Shown: one piece after another, positions 51,588 through 61,794 of the stretch | How the letters are laid out: every line of letters begins with the position of its first letter | How positions within the stretch are numbered: position 1 is the stretch's first letter | Source: Alphaproteobacteria bacterium | Lineage (GTDB): Bacteria; Pseudomonadota; Alphaproteobacteria; SP197 | NCBI GenBank assembly: GCA_965228895.1 | Contig: OZ245842.1 | Location: 5,376,001 to 5,440,000, forward strand | DNA length: 64,000 nucleotides | Direction of reading: 5' to 3' | Notes under the pieces: generated by a model | Databases searched by the model: none | The model's input: the letters and a program-made list of their open reading frames with translations, nothing else | What the model was told of the DNA's origin: nothing | Program-made: the position numbers and the translations under genes

Positions 51588-52439
51588 ATGCCGACCAAGA
51601 TCGAAAAAGATTCCGTTACGGGTCAGGAAACGACCGGCCACGAATGGGATGGCATCAAGGAGCTGAACAACCCGCTGCCGAGGTGGTGGCTCTACATCCT
51701 GTGGGCAACCATTATCTGGTCAATCGGCTATTACTTCTGGTCCTCGCCGATCCCCGGCATTCAAGGTTTCCAGGAACCGAAACGCGAGCAGCTGGTCGGC
51801 GAGATGGAGGCGGCGCGCGCCGAGCAGGCGGTTTTCCTGGAAAAGATCGCGGCTGCCCAGTTGGAAGAAATTCGTGACGATCCCGAACTCTTAAACTTCG
51901 CCATGGCCGGCGGTGGCTCGTCGTTTGCCGATAACTGTGCGCCGTGCCACGGCCAGGGCGGCGCCGGTGCGCCGGGATTCCCCTCGCTCGCCGATGACGC
52001 CTGGAACTGGGGCGGCACGCTGGAGGCGATCCACCAGACGATTTTGCATGGCGTGCGAAACGACGACATCCAGTCGCGTTACTCCGAGATGATGGCCTTT
52101 GGTGACGGCATCCTGGACCGAGCCCAGGTTTCCGATGTCGCCGATTATGTGCTGTCGCTGAGCGGTCAGTCTGTCGACCGCGAAGCCGCCGCGCGCGGCG
52201 AGGTGCTGTTCGAAGAGAACTGCGTCGCCTGTCATGCCGAAGGTGGCGTCGGCGACATGGAGCAGGGTGCTCCCGCACTCAACAACCAGGTCTGGCTCTA
52301 TGGCGGCACAAAAGCCGACATCGAAGCGCAGATCTGGGAGCCCCAGCATGGCGTCATGCCGGGCTGGATCGAGCGTCTGGATCCGGAAACGATCAAGATG
52401 CTGACAGTCTACGTGCACACGTTGGGTGGCGGCCAATAG
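51588..52439 (+). CDS. ccoP: cbb3-type oxidase subunit III (diheme)
   Basis: TGHEWDGIKELNNPLPRWW, CAPCH, CVACH. Confidence 0.97.
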   Translation: MPTKIEKDSVTGQETTGHEWDGIKELNNPLPRWWLYILWATIIWSIGYYFWSSPIPGIQGFQEPKREQLVGEMEAARAEQAVFLEKIAAAQLEEIRDDPELLNFAMAGGGSSFADNCAPCHGQGGAGAPGFPSLADDAWNWGGTLEAIHQTILHGVRNDDIQSRYSEMMAFGDGILDRAQVSDVADYVLSLSGQSVDREAAARGEVLFEENCVACHAEGGVGDMEQGAPALNNQVWLYGGTKADIEAQIWEPQHGVMPGWIERLDPETIKMLTVYVHTLGGGQ

Positions 52440-52518
52440 AAGAGTAAGATGCGGGCGCGCCGTTAGAAGAAGCGTGTCACCACAACGATAACAAGACGCG
52501 AGGTCACAGTAAGGCGCC

Positions 52519-53976
52519 ATGGTCGATATCTATGGCAACGCGGACGCCCGGTCGCGCCAAGAACAAAAGCAGGAAAGCCACTACCAGAGTAGGGTCAAGG
52601 TACACCCGAAGAAGGTATCGGGCACGTTCCGGCGCCTGAAGTGGGCGATTCTGATTGTCCTGCTCGGCATCTATTACATCGCGCCGTGGATCCGCTGGGA
52701 TCGCGGACCGGGTGCTCCCGATCAGGCATTTCTGGTCGATATGCCGCACCGGCGCGCCTACTTCCTGTGGATCGAGATTTGGCCACAGGAAGTCTATTAC
52801 CTCGCCGGCATTCTCTTGTTGGGCGCCGTCGGCTTGATTTTCGTGACCAGCCTGCTCGGTCGCGTGTGGTGCGGCTATACGTGTCCGCAGACTGTCTGGA
52901 CCGACCTCTTCATGTGGGTCGAACGCCTGGTCGAAGGCGACCGCTCCAAACGATTGCGGTTGGACAAGGCGCCGACATCGTTATCAAAGGTCGCCAAGAG
53001 GGCTGCCAAACACGGCATCTGGCTGATCATCGCCGCGCTCACAGGTGGCGCCTGGATCATGTACTTCAACGACGCACCGACCGTGGTGGTCGACATCCTG
53101 ACCGGTCAGGCGTCGCTCAAGGTCTATGGTTTCTTCGCGCTGTTTACGGCGACGACGTACTTGCTGGCCGGCTGGGCGCGCGAGCAAGTCTGCGTCTATA
53201 TGTGCCCGTGGCCGCGCTTTCAGTCCGCCATGTTCGACGAGGACACGATGATCGTGACCTACGAGGGCTGGCGCGGCGAACCCCGCGGCAAACATAAGAA
53301 AGGCACGAGCTGGGAAGGTCGTGGTCACTGCGTCGACTGCAAACAATGCATCGCTGCGTGTCCGACCGGTATCGACATTCGCGATGGCGTGCAGCTTGAG
53401 TGCATCGGCTGCGCGCTGTGCATCGATGCCTGCGACGAGATCATGGAGCGGCTTGATCTGCCCAAGGGCCTGATCAGCTACGATACCGACCGCAATGTCG
53501 CTAACAAGGCCGCGGGCAAGCCGCTGGCCTATCGGCTGATCCGCCCGCGCACGATTATCTATTCCGTCCTGTTGGCCATCGTCGCCGCAGCCATGGTGTG
53601 GAGCCTGGCGACCCGTGCGCAGGTCGACATCAATGTCCTGCACGACCGCAATCCGCTCTTCGTGACTCTGTCGGACGGCAGTATCCGTAACGGCTATACG
53701 ATCAAAATCCTCAACATGACGCGCGAAGAGAAGGTCTACAAACTCGCATTCGACGGTTTGGGTTATGCCGAGATGACGGTTGTCGGCCAAGAGGATTCGG
53801 CAAGCCAGAACATCGCCCGTCTGACGGCCGATCCCGATACGGTGGCGACCTATCGCGTGTTCATGATCGTGCCGGCGGACCTGGTCCAGGGCCAGGTTCA
53901 AGACTTCGCCTTTGTGCTGACCGAACTTCAAACATCCGAAACGGTGCGGCGTGACACCGTGTTCAGAGGGCCTTGA
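52519..53976 (+). CDS. ccoG: Cytochrome oxidase accessory ferredoxin CcoG/FixG
   Basis: GRVWCGYTCPQT, CVYMCP, CVDCKQCIAACP, CIGCALCIDAC. Confidence 0.96.
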   Translation: MVDIYGNADARSRQEQKQESHYQSRVKVHPKKVSGTFRRLKWAILIVLLGIYYIAPWIRWDRGPGAPDQAFLVDMPHRRAYFLWIEIWPQEVYYLAGILLLGAVGLIFVTSLLGRVWCGYTCPQTVWTDLFMWVERLVEGDRSKRLRLDKAPTSLSKVAKRAAKHGIWLIIAALTGGAWIMYFNDAPTVVVDILTGQASLKVYGFFALFTATTYLLAGWAREQVCVYMCPWPRFQSAMFDEDTMIVTYEGWRGEPRGKHKKGTSWEGRGHCVDCKQCIAACPTGIDIRDGVQLECIGCALCIDACDEIMERLDLPKGLISYDTDRNVANKAAGKPLAYRLIRPRTIIYSVLLAIVAAAMVWSLATRAQVDINVLHDRNPLFVTLSDGSIRNGYTIKILNMTREEKVYKLAFDGLGYAEMTVVGQEDSASQNIARLTADPDTVATYRVFMIVPADLVQGQVQDFAFVLTELQTSETVRRDTVFRGP

Positions 53977-53977
53977 C

Positions 53978-54472
53978 ATGATGGGTGCAAAAGCCTGGTT
54001 GATGCGCGGCGACCGGTGGATCCCGGGTATGATCGTGCTGGGTTTCGTGGTCATGATTATTGCCAACGGCACCATGGTCTGGGTCGCGCTCAGCACGTGG
54101 ACCGGCTTGACCACCGGCGAGGCCTATAATCGCGGCTTGGCCTACAACGAAACGATCGCCCAGGCCGAAACGCGCGACGCGCTGGGATGGACGGTCGACA
54201 TCGAGACCAGCATGACGTCGGACGGTCATGAGGCCGAACTGGTTATCGCCGATGCAAACGGCGCACCGATCGACGGTGCGACGATCATCGGCAGGTTTGT
54301 CCGACCAACCCATGAAGGCTACGACTTTGACGTCAACTTCAGTCAGGTCGGGGCGGGACGTTACCGCGCGGCGTTTCTGGCACCGCTCGCCGGTCTATGG
54401 GATCTGCGGTTTGAAATCGCCAGGGGTAATGACATTTTTCGCGCGGCCGAGCGGTTGCGGCTCTCACCGTGA
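53978..54472 (+). CDS. ccoH: FixH/CcoH family protein
   Basis: ANGTMVWVA.STW.GL, YNRGLAYN, RPT. Confidence 0.88.
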   Translation: MMGAKAWLMRGDRWIPGMIVLGFVVMIIANGTMVWVALSTWTGLTTGEAYNRGLAYNETIAQAETRDALGWTVDIETSMTSDGHEAELVIADANGAPIDGATIIGRFVRPTHEGYDFDVNFSQVGAGRYRAAFLAPLAGLWDLRFEIARGNDIFRAAERLRLSP

Positions 54473-56712
54473 GCGACATCGTCCACCTGAAGCCCGCTTC
54501 GTCGGCCGCCCAAGGGGATGTTGCCAACGACGCGGACGCGGTGGATTGTTCGGACTTCATTCAAAGCGGCGATGACGGCGGCCATCGATTGCACCTTCTT
54601 GTCGAGGGCGCCCATTGCGGCGGCTGTGTCCGTAAGATCGAGGGCGCGCTCGCGGACTTTGACGACGTTACCGAAGCACGCATGAACCTGAGCACGCGCC
54701 GTCTTGCCGTCGGCTGGCAAGGTCAGGCCGCGCGCGCCAACACATTTGCGCGTGCGGTCGCGGGACTTGGCTTCCGCGTCATGCCTTACGATCCGATCTC
54801 GGCATCCGGCGCCTACGAACAAGACGGCCGCATGCTGCTGCGCTGCATGGCGGTTGCCGGTTTCGCCGCCGCCAACGTCATGCTGCTCTCGGTTTCCATC
54901 TGGACGGGCCACGTTGAAGGCATGACGTCGGCGACGCGGGATCTGTTCCACTGGCTATCGGCACTGATCGCGCTGCCCGCCGTTGTCTATGCCGGGCGCC
55001 CGTTTTTCCGTTCCGCGATCGCGGCGCTGCGCAACCGGCGCGCCAACATGGATGTGCCGATTTCGCTCGCCGTCATCCTGGCATCGGGCATGAGTTTGGC
55101 CGAAACGATGCGCGGCGCCGATCACGCCTATTTCGATTCGGCCGTGATGCTGCTGTTCTTCCTGTTGGTCGGCCGCTATCTCGATCACCGCGCGCGGGGC
55201 AAGGTGCGGTTTGCCGCCGAGCGGCTGCTGGCCTTGGGTCAAGCGCCGGTGACGGTGGTCAACCCGGATGGCACCCGTCAGGCGCGTCATCCCGCCAACG
55301 TCGATCTGGGTCAGCATGTGCTGGTCGCGACCGGTGAACGTGTGGCGGTCGATGGCCGCATCCTCAGCGGCGACGGCGAACTGGATACCAGTCTTATCAC
55401 CGGCGAAACGATGCCACGCCCTGCCCATGCCGGTGATGTCGTGCATGCCGGCATGCTTAACCTCGGCGCACCGTTGACGCTGGTCGTGACAGCGACCGGC
55501 GAGGGTACGGTGCTGGCTGATATTGTGCGCCTGATGGAGGCCGCCGAGCAGCGGCGTGCCGGTTATGTCGCGCTGGCCGATCGGGTCGCGCGTTTCTACG
55601 CGCCGGTCGTCCATGGGTTGGCCGCCGGCGCCTTCTTCGGCTGGTTCGTTTTGGGCGGCATGGCTTGGCAGGATGCGTTGATGATCGCCATTGCGGTCCT
55701 GATCGTCACCTGTCCGTGCGCCCTGGGCCTTGCGGTGCCGGCGGTTCAGGTCATCGCCAGCGGCCGGCTGATGCGGGGCGGCATCCTGCTGAAATCCGCG
55801 ACCGCGTTGGAGCGTTTCGCCACGATCGATACCGTCGTGTTCGACAAGACCGGCACGCTCACGCAAGGCGAGCCCGATCTGGTCAACCGTGACGCTATCG
55901 CCACTGCTGACTTGACGCTTGCTGCTTCGATGGCAGCGGCCAGCCGCCACCCACTGGCCCGCGCCGTGGTCCGGGCGGCGCCGGTCGCGCCGCTGGCCGA
56001 GGACGTTCGGGAAGTGGCTGGCTCGGGCCTTGTGATGATGCGCGACGGGGTCGAGGTGAAACTCGGCAATCGCTTGTGGTGCGGCGTTGGCCAGGACGAA
56101 CAGGATGATCTGACCGGACCGGAGTTGTGGCTGCGACGGGGCGATGGTTCGGCTGTACGGTTCGCGTTTTCCGACCGGCTGCGCGACGGTGCCAGGGACG
56201 TCGTTGCCGCCCTTAAGCGGCAGGGCCTGGAGGTCGAGTTGTTGTCCGGAGATCGTGCCGGCGCTGTCGAGGCGGCCGCTCGCGCTGCTGGCATCGATCG
56301 CTGGCAGGCGGCATGTCGGCCGGACGAAAAATGTGACCGACTTGCCGACCTTGAGCGGCAGGGGCGGCGTGTCCTCATGGTTGGTGACGGCTTGAACGAC
56401 GCGCCGGCGCTTGCCGCGGCCCATGTGTCGCTGTCACCAAGCAGCGCGGCGGATATCAGCCAGACGGCTGCGGATGCGGTGTTTCAGGGCGGTCGTCTGG
56501 ACGCCGTCCTGACCGTTCTGGACGTGGCGCGGCGCGCCAATCGCTTGGTGCGCCAGAACTTCTTTATGGCCACGGCCTACAACATCATCACCGTGCCGCT
56601 CGCGATCATGGGTTTCGTGACGCCGTTGGTTGCTGCGGCCGCGATGTCCAGTTCGTCCCTGATCGTGGTCGGCAACGCGTTGCGCCTTGCCGGGCGCAGA
56701 AGACGGTCGTGA
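54469..56712 (+). CDS. ccoI: Copper P1B-type ATPase CcoI/FixI
   Basis: CGGC, TGE, CPCALGLA, DKTGT, GDGLND. Confidence 0.95.
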   Translation: MSDIVHLKPASSAAQGDVANDADAVDCSDFIQSGDDGGHRLHLLVEGAHCGGCVRKIEGALADFDDVTEARMNLSTRRLAVGWQGQAARANTFARAVAGLGFRVMPYDPISASGAYEQDGRMLLRCMAVAGFAAANVMLLSVSIWTGHVEGMTSATRDLFHWLSALIALPAVVYAGRPFFRSAIAALRNRRANMDVPISLAVILASGMSLAETMRGADHAYFDSAVMLLFFLLVGRYLDHRARGKVRFAAERLLALGQAPVTVVNPDGTRQARHPANVDLGQHVLVATGERVAVDGRILSGDGELDTSLITGETMPRPAHAGDVVHAGMLNLGAPLTLVVTATGEGTVLADIVRLMEAAEQRRAGYVALADRVARFYAPVVHGLAAGAFFGWFVLGGMAWQDALMIAIAVLIVTCPCALGLAVPAVQVIASGRLMRGGILLKSATALERFATIDTVVFDKTGTLTQGEPDLVNRDAIATADLTLAASMAAASRHPLARAVVRAAPVAPLAEDVREVAGSGLVMMRDGVEVKLGNRLWCGVGQDEQDDLTGPELWLRRGDGSAVRFAFSDRLRDGARDVVAALKRQGLEVELLSGDRAGAVEAAARAAGIDRWQAACRPDEKCDRLADLERQGRRVLMVGDGLNDAPALAAAHVSLSPSSAADISQTAADAVFQGGRLDAVLTVLDVARRANRLVRQNFFMATAYNIITVPLAIMGFVTPLVAAAAMSSSSLIVVGNALRLAGRRRRS

Positions 56713-56879
56713 GCGGACTGCTGATCCTGATACCCGCGGCCCTGTTGCTCGGGCTCGCCGGTCTTGTCGCCTTCCTCTGGTCGCTGAAAAGCGGCCAGTA
56801 CGACGATCTCGACGGCGCTGCCGAACGCATCCTCTATGACGACAGCGACGAGTCCGACCAGGATAAGAAGGACCGCTAG
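56709..56879 (+). CDS. ccoS: cbb3 oxidase maturation protein CcoS/FixS
   Basis: Manual translation ...LIP..LLLG...FLWSLKSGQYDDLDGAAERIL. Confidence 0.93.
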   Translation: MSGLLILIPAALLLGLAGLVAFLWSLKSGQYDDLDGAAERILYDDSDESDQDKKDR

Positions 56880-56891
56880 AGCAGATCCGCT

Positions 56892-57638
56892 CTAACTGCC
56901 TTCCGCCAGCTCCTGAAGACCTTCGACGTCGCAGATTTCGACCTCGTGCGGTGTCGGCGTGGCAATCAGCTTGTCGCGCCGTAGCTTGGTAAAAGTCCGG
57001 CTGACCGTCTCGACCGTCAGACCGAGGTAGTCGCCCATGTCTGTGCGTGTCATGGGCAGCGCGATCCTGTCGCCCTTCAGGCCGCGCGCCTGCAGGCGCG
57101 TGGTCAGATGAAGCAGGAATGAGGCGACACGTTCAACGGCGGTCTTGCGGCCAAGCAGCAGCATTTGGTCTTGCGCGGCAATCAACTCATTGCCGGCGGT
57201 CTCCAGCAGGCGCGTTTCAAGCGCCGGTAACTCGGCAAACAGGGCTTCCAGCTTCTCCCGCGGGAAGCTGCAGATCACGCCGTCGGTGATGGTTTCCGCG
57301 CTATAGGCGTACCGTTTCTTCAGCGCGATGCCGACGAAGTCGGTGGCGAACAAGAAGCCGGTAATCTGCCGCCGTCCGTCCGGCATCAGTTTGAACAGGC
57401 GCAGCGCCCCATCAATGATGTTGTAGACGTGCTCGGCGTCATCGCCTTCCTGAAACAAGGTGCGACCGGCGGGCACGGGTATACGGGTGACAATTTTGGC
57501 CATACGGTCGATCTCGCGATCACGCAGGGCATCGCAGATCGTCAATTCGCGTACGTCGCAGGCCGCACACGGCATCAGCGCCGGCTGCTTTTTGCCTGCG
57601 TGCGCCACCGGTTGTGGCAAAATATCGAAGCGTGCCAC
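56892..57638 (-). CDS. O2-sensing FNR-type regulator (FnrL/FnrN-like)
   Basis: N-terminal CAACDVRELTIC cysteine cluster, central Cys, DGRRQI, recognition helix LTVETVSR. Confidence 0.92.
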   Translation of the reverse strand: MARFDILPQPVAHAGKKQPALMPCAACDVRELTICDALRDREIDRMAKIVTRIPVPAGRTLFQEGDDAEHVYNIIDGALRLFKLMPDGRRQITGFLFATDFVGIALKKRYAYSAETITDGVICSFPREKLEALFAELPALETRLLETAGNELIAAQDQMLLLGRKTAVERVASFLLHLTTRLQARGLKGDRIALPMTRTDMGDYLGLTVETVSRTFTKLRRDKLIATPTPHEVEICDVEGLQELAEGS

Positions 57639-57712
57639 CGGTCCCCTCCAGTCGGGTTCCCTGTCCTTACATATATGTGACCGGCCGGATCATAAATCCA
57701 ATGTACGGGCCG

Positions 57713-57726
57713 TTGACCTAGGTCAA
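57713..57726. promoter_or_regulatory. FNR/FixK-type box between the FNR gene and the divergent gene
   Basis: Perfect palindrome TTGAC-CTAG-GTCAA. Confidence 0.75.
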
Positions 57727-57771
57727 TTCAGACGCGGGCCTGGACGGTAAACTGCTTTACCTTGGGGCACA

Positions 57772-58269
57772 ATGCCGGTGGAAGTCATGACTGACAACCT
57801 GCATGCTAGGCCGTTGGAGCCGGATCAACTGGACAAGGCGTTCGCCTTGATCCAGATCGCTTTTCAGGACGTCTCCCTGGAGCGATGGCGCCGCCATGTC
57901 CACGAATCCGTGGACATGGATAACGATAACGCGGGCTGGATCGCGATCGAGGACGACAAGGGCTACATCCACGGCCTCGTCGCCTATCACGTCCAGCCGG
58001 ACTTGATGTGTGGGCGCACGTTGATCGGCCATGACATCATCGTTGCGGGCGTTGCGTTGGGCCAGATAACCGCATGCGCCGTCGAAGGTTTGTCGCAGAT
58101 GGCCCGGCGGGCCGGGTGCGGTGCGGTTCACATCAACCAGATCGGCAGCGGCGGTGAGGCGTTTGATCGCGATCACGAAGGGCTGCGGGACATTCTCTTG
58201 CAATGCGGCTTCGTCGATCGCGGCACGCATTTGTGCCTGCGCCGTGTCGGGTGCTGCCCGCGTTCGTGA
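57772..58269 (+). CDS. Hypothetical protein, possible GNAT-like fold
   Basis: RPLEPDQLDKAFAL..., GYIHGL, A..AGCGAVHI, C-terminal GF; no clear acetyl-CoA motif. Confidence 0.6.
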   Translation: MPVEVMTDNLHARPLEPDQLDKAFALIQIAFQDVSLERWRRHVHESVDMDNDNAGWIAIEDDKGYIHGLVAYHVQPDLMCGRTLIGHDIIVAGVALGQITACAVEGLSQMARRAGCGAVHINQIGSGGEAFDRDHEGLRDILLQCGFVDRGTHLCLRRVGCCPRS

Positions 58270-58358
58270 TCGGCGCCGTCTCCTCAATTCCGCCAAATTG
58301 ATCCCGCTATATCCCTGACAGTCGAGCGCGCCTCAGAACCGGGGAGTTTTATCCGGGT

Positions 58359-59885
58359 ATGTTGTCGCGTCGTGCGTGTTTGGGTTGCGGCACCGCCGCT
58401 GTTTTGTTGCCGCTGGGTCATCGTCCGGCGTCTGCAGGTGCGTTCAGTTTCGAAACCGTCAAGGCGATGGCGGCCGAGCGGGCGGCAAACCCGTTTGACG
58501 ATGCCCATCCGCCACTGCCCGATTCGCTGCGCGATCTCGACTATGACGGTTATCGCAAGATCAGGTTCAAGCCCGACGGTGCCTTGTGGCACGGTGACGG
58601 ACGCTTCAGCCTGCAGTTCTTTCACCTGGGCTTTTTGTTCAAGCGGCCGATCGCCATCAACCTCGTCGAAGCCGGAGAGGCGGTACCGCTGGCCTATGAG
58701 CGCGAGATGTTCGACTTTGGCGGCAACGATCTCGGTGAAGGCCTGGCGGAAGTCACCGGGTTCGCAGGTTTCCGCGTGCACTTTCCCTTGCATCAGCCCG
58801 ACTATGACGACGAGATCGCCGTCTTCTTAGGCGCGTCGTACTTTCGGGTGCTCGGGCGCGAGCAGATCTATGGCATTTCGGCGCGCGCGCTGGCCATCGA
58901 CACGGCCAGCGAAACCGGCGAGGAGTTCCCCTTTTTCCGCGCCTTCTGGATCGAGAAACCGGCTGCGGATTCCGATCACATCGTCATCAACGCGCTGCTC
59001 GACAGCCAGAGCGTGGCCGGCGCCTACCGCTTCACGATTACGCCGGGCACCGACACGGTGGTCGATGTCGAAAGTGTCGTCTACCCGCGCCGTGACGTCG
59101 CCAAGCTCGGCGTCGTCCCGCTGACCAGCATGTATCTGTTTGGTGAGAACGACCGTGTCGACGTCGATGACATCCGCCCGGAGGTGCACGACTCCGACGG
59201 GCTCGCCATTCATCATGCGAACGGTGAATGGGTGTGGCGGCCTCTGGTCAACCGCGACGAGCTGACAATCACGCCGATCGCCGCCGATCCGCCCCAGGGG
59301 TTTGGCTTGATGCAGCGCGACCGCGACTTCGCAAGTTATCTGGATGTGGAGGCCGAGTACGAACGTCGGCCCGGGCTGTGGATCGAGCCGCAGGGCGATT
59401 GGGGGCCGGGCCGGATAGAGCTCGTCGAAATCCCCAGCCAGCGCGAAATCCATGACAACATCGTCTCCTATTGGGTGCCCGACGAACCGGTCGTTGCCGG
59501 CCAACCTCTGGACTTCAACTACCGTCTGACGGCAACACTCAACGGATCTGCCGGCCAGCCGCCCGGTGGGTGGGTCATGGCGACCCGGGTCGGTAAGGCC
59601 AATCCCTGGCTGGAAGAGGACACGGGTCCGGCACGTCAGTTCGTCATCGACTTTGCCGGTGGTGACCTCGATCTGTTGCGGCCTGAGCAGCAGGTGACCG
59701 GCGACGTCGCGATCAGCGCCGGCCGCATCGAACCGGTGGTCGTCAAGGCGGTGCCGGAAATCGGCTGTTGGCGGGCGGCCTTCATCTATGAGCCCGACGG
59801 CGCGCCGGCGGATCTCCGATGTTTCCTGAAACTCGACGATACGATCCTGACCGAGACATGGAGCTATTTATGGACGCCGGCCTAA
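58359..59885 (+). CDS. opgG: Periplasmic glucan biosynthesis protein OpgG/OpgD (Tat signal)
   Basis: SRR signal, YRKIRF, FLGASYFR, YGISARALAIDT, RPEVHDSDGL, DNIV. Confidence 0.92.
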   Translation: MLSRRACLGCGTAAVLLPLGHRPASAGAFSFETVKAMAAERAANPFDDAHPPLPDSLRDLDYDGYRKIRFKPDGALWHGDGRFSLQFFHLGFLFKRPIAINLVEAGEAVPLAYEREMFDFGGNDLGEGLAEVTGFAGFRVHFPLHQPDYDDEIAVFLGASYFRVLGREQIYGISARALAIDTASETGEEFPFFRAFWIEKPAADSDHIVINALLDSQSVAGAYRFTITPGTDTVVDVESVVYPRRDVAKLGVVPLTSMYLFGENDRVDVDDIRPEVHDSDGLAIHHANGEWVWRPLVNRDELTITPIAADPPQGFGLMQRDRDFASYLDVEAEYERRPGLWIEPQGDWGPGRIELVEIPSQREIHDNIVSYWVPDEPVVAGQPLDFNYRLTATLNGSAGQPPGGWVMATRVGKANPWLEEDTGPARQFVIDFAGGDLDLLRPEQQVTGDVAISAGRIEPVVVKAVPEIGCWRAAFIYEPDGAPADLRCFLKLDDTILTETWSYLWTPA

Positions 59886-61714
59886 GACGGTCATCTTGGG
59901 CCTGGCGCCCACTCCTGTTCGCGACCCTGGTCCTGGCCAGCGTTGGCGCCGGCGGCTGGGTCATGACGACTATTCTGGCGAACGAGGGCCTGAACGAACT
60001 TGAGCTGTTGATCCTTGCACTGTTTGTCGTGACGTTTGGCTGGATCGCCGTTTCGTTCTGGACGGCGGTCTTGGGCGGCACGGTAACGCTGATTGCCCGC
60101 ATCAAAGGTGTCGCGCCGGCGCGTCTGGTGACACCGCTAGATGTTGGCGACGTGGCCCCTGGAACGGCACGGGTTGCGCTGGTCATGCCGGTCTACCAGG
60201 AAGACGCCGATCAGGTTGTCGCCGGTCTGATGGCGATGCACCGTGCACTGGTGGCACAAGGGTGCCGGGAACGTTTCGACGTCTTTCTGTTGAGTGACAC
60301 GCCGGCAGGCGAAGCGGCCGCTTACGAGGAAGACGCGTTCGCCGCCTACGAGCGGGCGACATGCGCGGAGGGCCGCAGCATCTATCGCCGCCGCGCCGCG
60401 AACCATCGGCGTAAGGTCGGCAACCTCGAAGACTTTTGCCAGCGCTGGGGCGCCGACTACGACTTCATGCTGGTGCTGGATGCCGACAGCATCATGGCCG
60501 GCTCGACCATGGTGCGTTTGGCAGCCTTGATGGAGGCCAACCCGGATGTCGGCCTGATCCAGTCGCAACCGCTGCCGGTCGGTCAGCAGACGTTGTTCGG
60601 CCGTGTCCTTCAGTTCGCCAACCGGCTTGCCGGCCCGTTGATGGCGACCGGGCTCGCCTTCTGGCAAGGGCGCAACGGCAACTATTGGGGACACAACGCG
60701 ATCGTCAGGCTCGACGCATTTACGGACCATTGCACGCTGCCGGATCTGCCTGGCAGACCGCCCCTGGGTGGCGAGATCTTGAGTCACGACTTTGTCGAGG
60801 CGGCGTTTTTGGCGCGTGCCGGCTATGCGGTCTGGCTGTTGCCGGATGCCGAAGGCAGCTATGAGGAGCTGCCGGGTGACGTCATCGCGTTCGCGACGCG
60901 CGATCGGCGCTGGTGTCAGGGCAATCTGCAGCACCTTCGCCTAATCGGACTGCGTGGCCTGACCCTGCTGAGCCGCTTGCACCTGAGCATGGGTGCGCTG
61001 GCCTATCTGTCGTCGCTTCTTTGGCTCGGTTTTCTCGTGCTGTCGCTGGCGGATCTCGGCTACACCCGGCTCGTCGGCCATGCGTATTTCCCCGAGGGCT
61101 ATAGCCTGTTCCCGAACTGGCCCGAAGACCGGACCGAAGAGACGTTGTCGCTGTTTGCCGTCACCATGGCGATGCTTGCGACGCCACGGCTACTCGCCCT
61201 TGCCCTGACCCTGATCGATAGACCGATGCGGCGTGCCTTTGGCGGCGGCGTGCGGGTCGTGATCAGCACAATCCTGGAGATCGCCTTTTCCGCGCTGCTG
61301 GCGCCGATCATGATGGTGCATCACGCGTTCTTTTCGGTTGCCGTTTTGGTCGGCAGCGCTGTCGGTTGGAAGGCGCAACGCCGCAGCGTGCGCGCTCTGA
61401 CATGGACCGATGCGGCACGTCCGCATGTCGCGGCCACCGTGATCGGTATCTTGACCGGCTTCGGCGTCTTGCTTCTGGCACCCGATTACATTTGGTGGCT
61501 GCTACCCGTGGTCATCGGTCTCGTGCTCTCGATACCGTTTGTCTGGGTCACCGCACGGCCCGACGTCGGGCTTGCCGCACGCCGCCATGGGCTCTTCCTG
61601 ATCCCCGAAGAAGTCGCGCCGCCGGACGTGCTTTCCCACACGGTGGATCTTGCCGCCCGCAACGATAGCCGTCCGTCGCCACGCCATGTGCCAGGTCTCG
61701 TCCAGCCGAGCTGA
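59819..61714 (+). CDS. opgH: Glucan biosynthesis glucosyltransferase OpgH/MdoH
   Basis: LSDT, RKVGN, VLDADS, YWGHNAI, SHDFVEA, RDRRWCQGNLQH; start uncertain (59819 or 59858). Confidence 0.95.
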   Translation: MFPETRRYDPDRDMELFMDAGLRRSSWAWRPLLFATLVLASVGAGGWVMTTILANEGLNELELLILALFVVTFGWIAVSFWTAVLGGTVTLIARIKGVAPARLVTPLDVGDVAPGTARVALVMPVYQEDADQVVAGLMAMHRALVAQGCRERFDVFLLSDTPAGEAAAYEEDAFAAYERATCAEGRSIYRRRAANHRRKVGNLEDFCQRWGADYDFMLVLDADSIMAGSTMVRLAALMEANPDVGLIQSQPLPVGQQTLFGRVLQFANRLAGPLMATGLAFWQGRNGNYWGHNAIVRLDAFTDHCTLPDLPGRPPLGGEILSHDFVEAAFLARAGYAVWLLPDAEGSYEELPGDVIAFATRDRRWCQGNLQHLRLIGLRGLTLLSRLHLSMGALAYLSSLLWLGFLVLSLADLGYTRLVGHAYFPEGYSLFPNWPEDRTEETLSLFAVTMAMLATPRLLALALTLIDRPMRRAFGGGVRVVISTILEIAFSALLAPIMMVHHAFFSVAVLVGSAVGWKAQRRSVRALTWTDAARPHVAATVIGILTGFGVLLLAPDYIWWLLPVVIGLVLSIPFVWVTARPDVGLAARRHGLFLIPEEVAPPDVLSHTVDLAARNDSRPSPRHVPGLVQPS

Positions 61715-61794
61715 TCCGACCACGCACACGATCTAGGTTCTGGTCTCCACGCTACGTGGCGTCCTATTCTCTGCGCCACCTGGTCGGAGGAACG

